Origin: a virus
Lineage: Duplodnaviria; Caudoviricetes
IMG/VR virus record: IMGVR_UViG_3300044667_000191
Span: 1 to 46,403 of that record
Length of the DNA: 46,403 bases
Reading direction: 5' to 3' (one strand)
A model generated the notes under the pieces. That model saw only the letters and a list, made by a program, of their open reading frames with translations. It ran no database searches and was not told the origin of the DNA. The position numbers were made by a program, and so were the translations under genes. Positions within the stretch are counted from its first letter, which is position 1. Each line of letters starts with the position of its first letter. Positions 45,068 to 46,403 of this stretch are shown one piece after another.

Positions 45068-45912
45068 TGGTTGGCTTCGTCTCACCGTCACCTCAATTCC
45101 AAGCTTTTATGAATTACCTTCCACAAAGACAGGGGGTAGGATTTAATTATACATCACCCTCCGCCTACATTGGGCCTGGGCAACAATTGACTACTGGCCA
45201 ACTTTTTGCACAAAAATTGAGTCAAAGAGCTAGTCAGGCACAACAAAATTATACAAATCAAAGTACGCAGAATAACATGCCTTTGGCATCTGATATATTG
45301 AATCGTTCCGCAAATGGAATTCAACTAGATCAATATTTTCAGCCTAGACAAAATCTTACTGATTTTTCGAGTGTATACAATAATCAATTGCAAGACACTC
45401 GAAATATTGGAAATTTTGCCACTCAGGCGGCAGAGGCGCGAAATGCTTTCGCTCAAGCCGTTCGTGCACAAAATATGCAAGTTGGAAATTATATTAACAA
45501 TTTGCCTGCTGGTGCAACGCCAGATAATATTGGTGCACAAGCGGTTGCAATTGCCAAAACGGTCGTGAAGAATGGTACACCATATCAATGGGGTGGAAAT
45601 TCACTTAAAACTGGAGTTGACTGTTCTGGCCTAATTCAGCAAATCTACGGTAAACTAGGAATCAAACTGCCTCGCGTGACTTACGAACAGGCAAAATCTG
45701 GAAAAGTAGTTAATAGAAATCAGCTCCTTCCTGGAGACTTGATCTTCTACAATACCGGGAGTAGAGATCCAAATGGTATTGGAAGAAATGGTCACGTGGC
45801 CCTTTATATTGGCAATGGCCAAGTAATTGAAGCAGCAGGCAGGGGTACTACTGTGCACATTACTAACATTGATTACCCCGGGCAATACAGTATGGCCGTT
45901 CGGCCCTGGTAA
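45067..45912 (+). CDS. NlpC/P60 peptidoglycan peptidase with Gln-rich N-terminus
   Basis: GTPYQWGG, DCSGL, LPR, PGDLIFY, HVALYIG. Confidence 0.93.
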   Translation: MVGFVSPSPQFQAFMNYLPQRQGVGFNYTSPSAYIGPGQQLTTGQLFAQKLSQRASQAQQNYTNQSTQNNMPLASDILNRSANGIQLDQYFQPRQNLTDFSSVYNNQLQDTRNIGNFATQAAEARNAFAQAVRAQNMQVGNYINNLPAGATPDNIGAQAVAIAKTVVKNGTPYQWGGNSLKTGVDCSGLIQQIYGKLGIKLPRVTYEQAKSGKVVNRNQLLPGDLIFYNTGSRDPNGIGRNGHVALYIGNGQVIEAAGRGTTVHITNIDYPGQYSMAVRPW

Positions 45913-45928
45913 TTATAAAAGGGGGTCC

Positions 45929-46403
45929 ATGGCAGTTACCTTTTCCCAGTCTCCAAATCTTACAAATTTTCTTAATCAGCTTGACACAATTAAGTCTCAG
46001 GGTAATTACAATTTGCCAATGAAATTGCCCGCTCCGCCCCTTCCGTCCACAATTGGCCAAGGCCCTGTGAGCCCGTCTAACGGCATGGGAGGGGCGCTCG
46101 GCACCTTCGATCCAACAGGGCATCCCGTCGCGCCACAGGGCGGTACAGACACGCTCTCGCGCCTCATGGCGGCCATCAAGAAGCAGGAGTCGGGCGGGAA
46201 CTACGGTGCCCGCAATTCTATGTACGGTGCTGCTGGAGCCTTTCAAATCCTACCTTCTAATTTCACTCAATCAGGTTCTGGGTGGGATATGGAAGCCCTG
46301 GGTCACGATGTCACGCTCCAACAATTTATGAATTCACCTCAAATTCAAGACGCAATCGCTAGATATAAGCTATCGCAATATCTTAGACAGTATGGATCCC
46401 CCG
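45929..46403 (+). CDS. Lytic transglycosylase-like virion protein, 5' part (199 aa in total, continues at 128-252)
   Basis: AIKKQESGGNYGARN...GAAGAFQILP (catalytic ES, G-x-x-Q); absent from the ORF track because it crosses the end. Confidence 0.88.
   Translation, partial: MAVTFSQSPNLTNFLNQLDTIKSQGNYNLPMKLPAPPLPSTIGQGPVSPSNGMGGALGTFDPTGHPVAPQGGTDTLSRLMAAIKKQESGGNYGARNSMYGAAGAFQILPSNFTQSGSGWDMEALGHDVTLQQFMNSPQIQDAIARYKLSQYLRQYGSP
46277..46403. repeat. Terminal direct repeat, right copy
   Basis: Identical to 1-127. Confidence 0.92.

Overview
This is an apparently complete, circularly assembled genome of a lytic, podovirus-type actinobacteriophage. It has 46,276 unique bp, and bases 1-127 are repeated exactly at 46277-46403. 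Two arms diverge from a promoter region at ~20.4-20.75 kb and converge on a terminator at ~0.93 kb. The leftward arm carries early and DNA-metabolism genes: wHTH proteins, an SNF2 helicase, an HNH protein, a PD-(D/E)XK exonuclease, a Sak4-like AAA ATPase, SSB, a RepA-like helicase and a RuvC-like resolvase. I recognise no DNA polymerase, primase or integrase. The rightward arm carries an XRE regulator, amidase endolysin, probable TerS, tail/receptor proteins (one fused to a poly-gamma-glutamate hydrolase), TerL, portal, two putative Acb2/Tad1-like sponge proteins, scaffold, major capsid, tail adaptor and nozzle, Gln-rich ejection proteins, NlpC/P60, a lytic transglycosylase and WhiB. The most unusual content is non-coding: a 98-nt D-armless tRNA-like RNA, a ~260-nt rod-shaped structured RNA, two long hairpins on opposite arms sharing a covarying motif, a recurring GUGGCCC(U) loop motif whose complement lies in the 260-nt RNA, two more hairpin-dense tracts, and a thrice-repeated promoter motif. 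All calls come from reading motifs and base-pairing by eye; no searches or folding programs were run.
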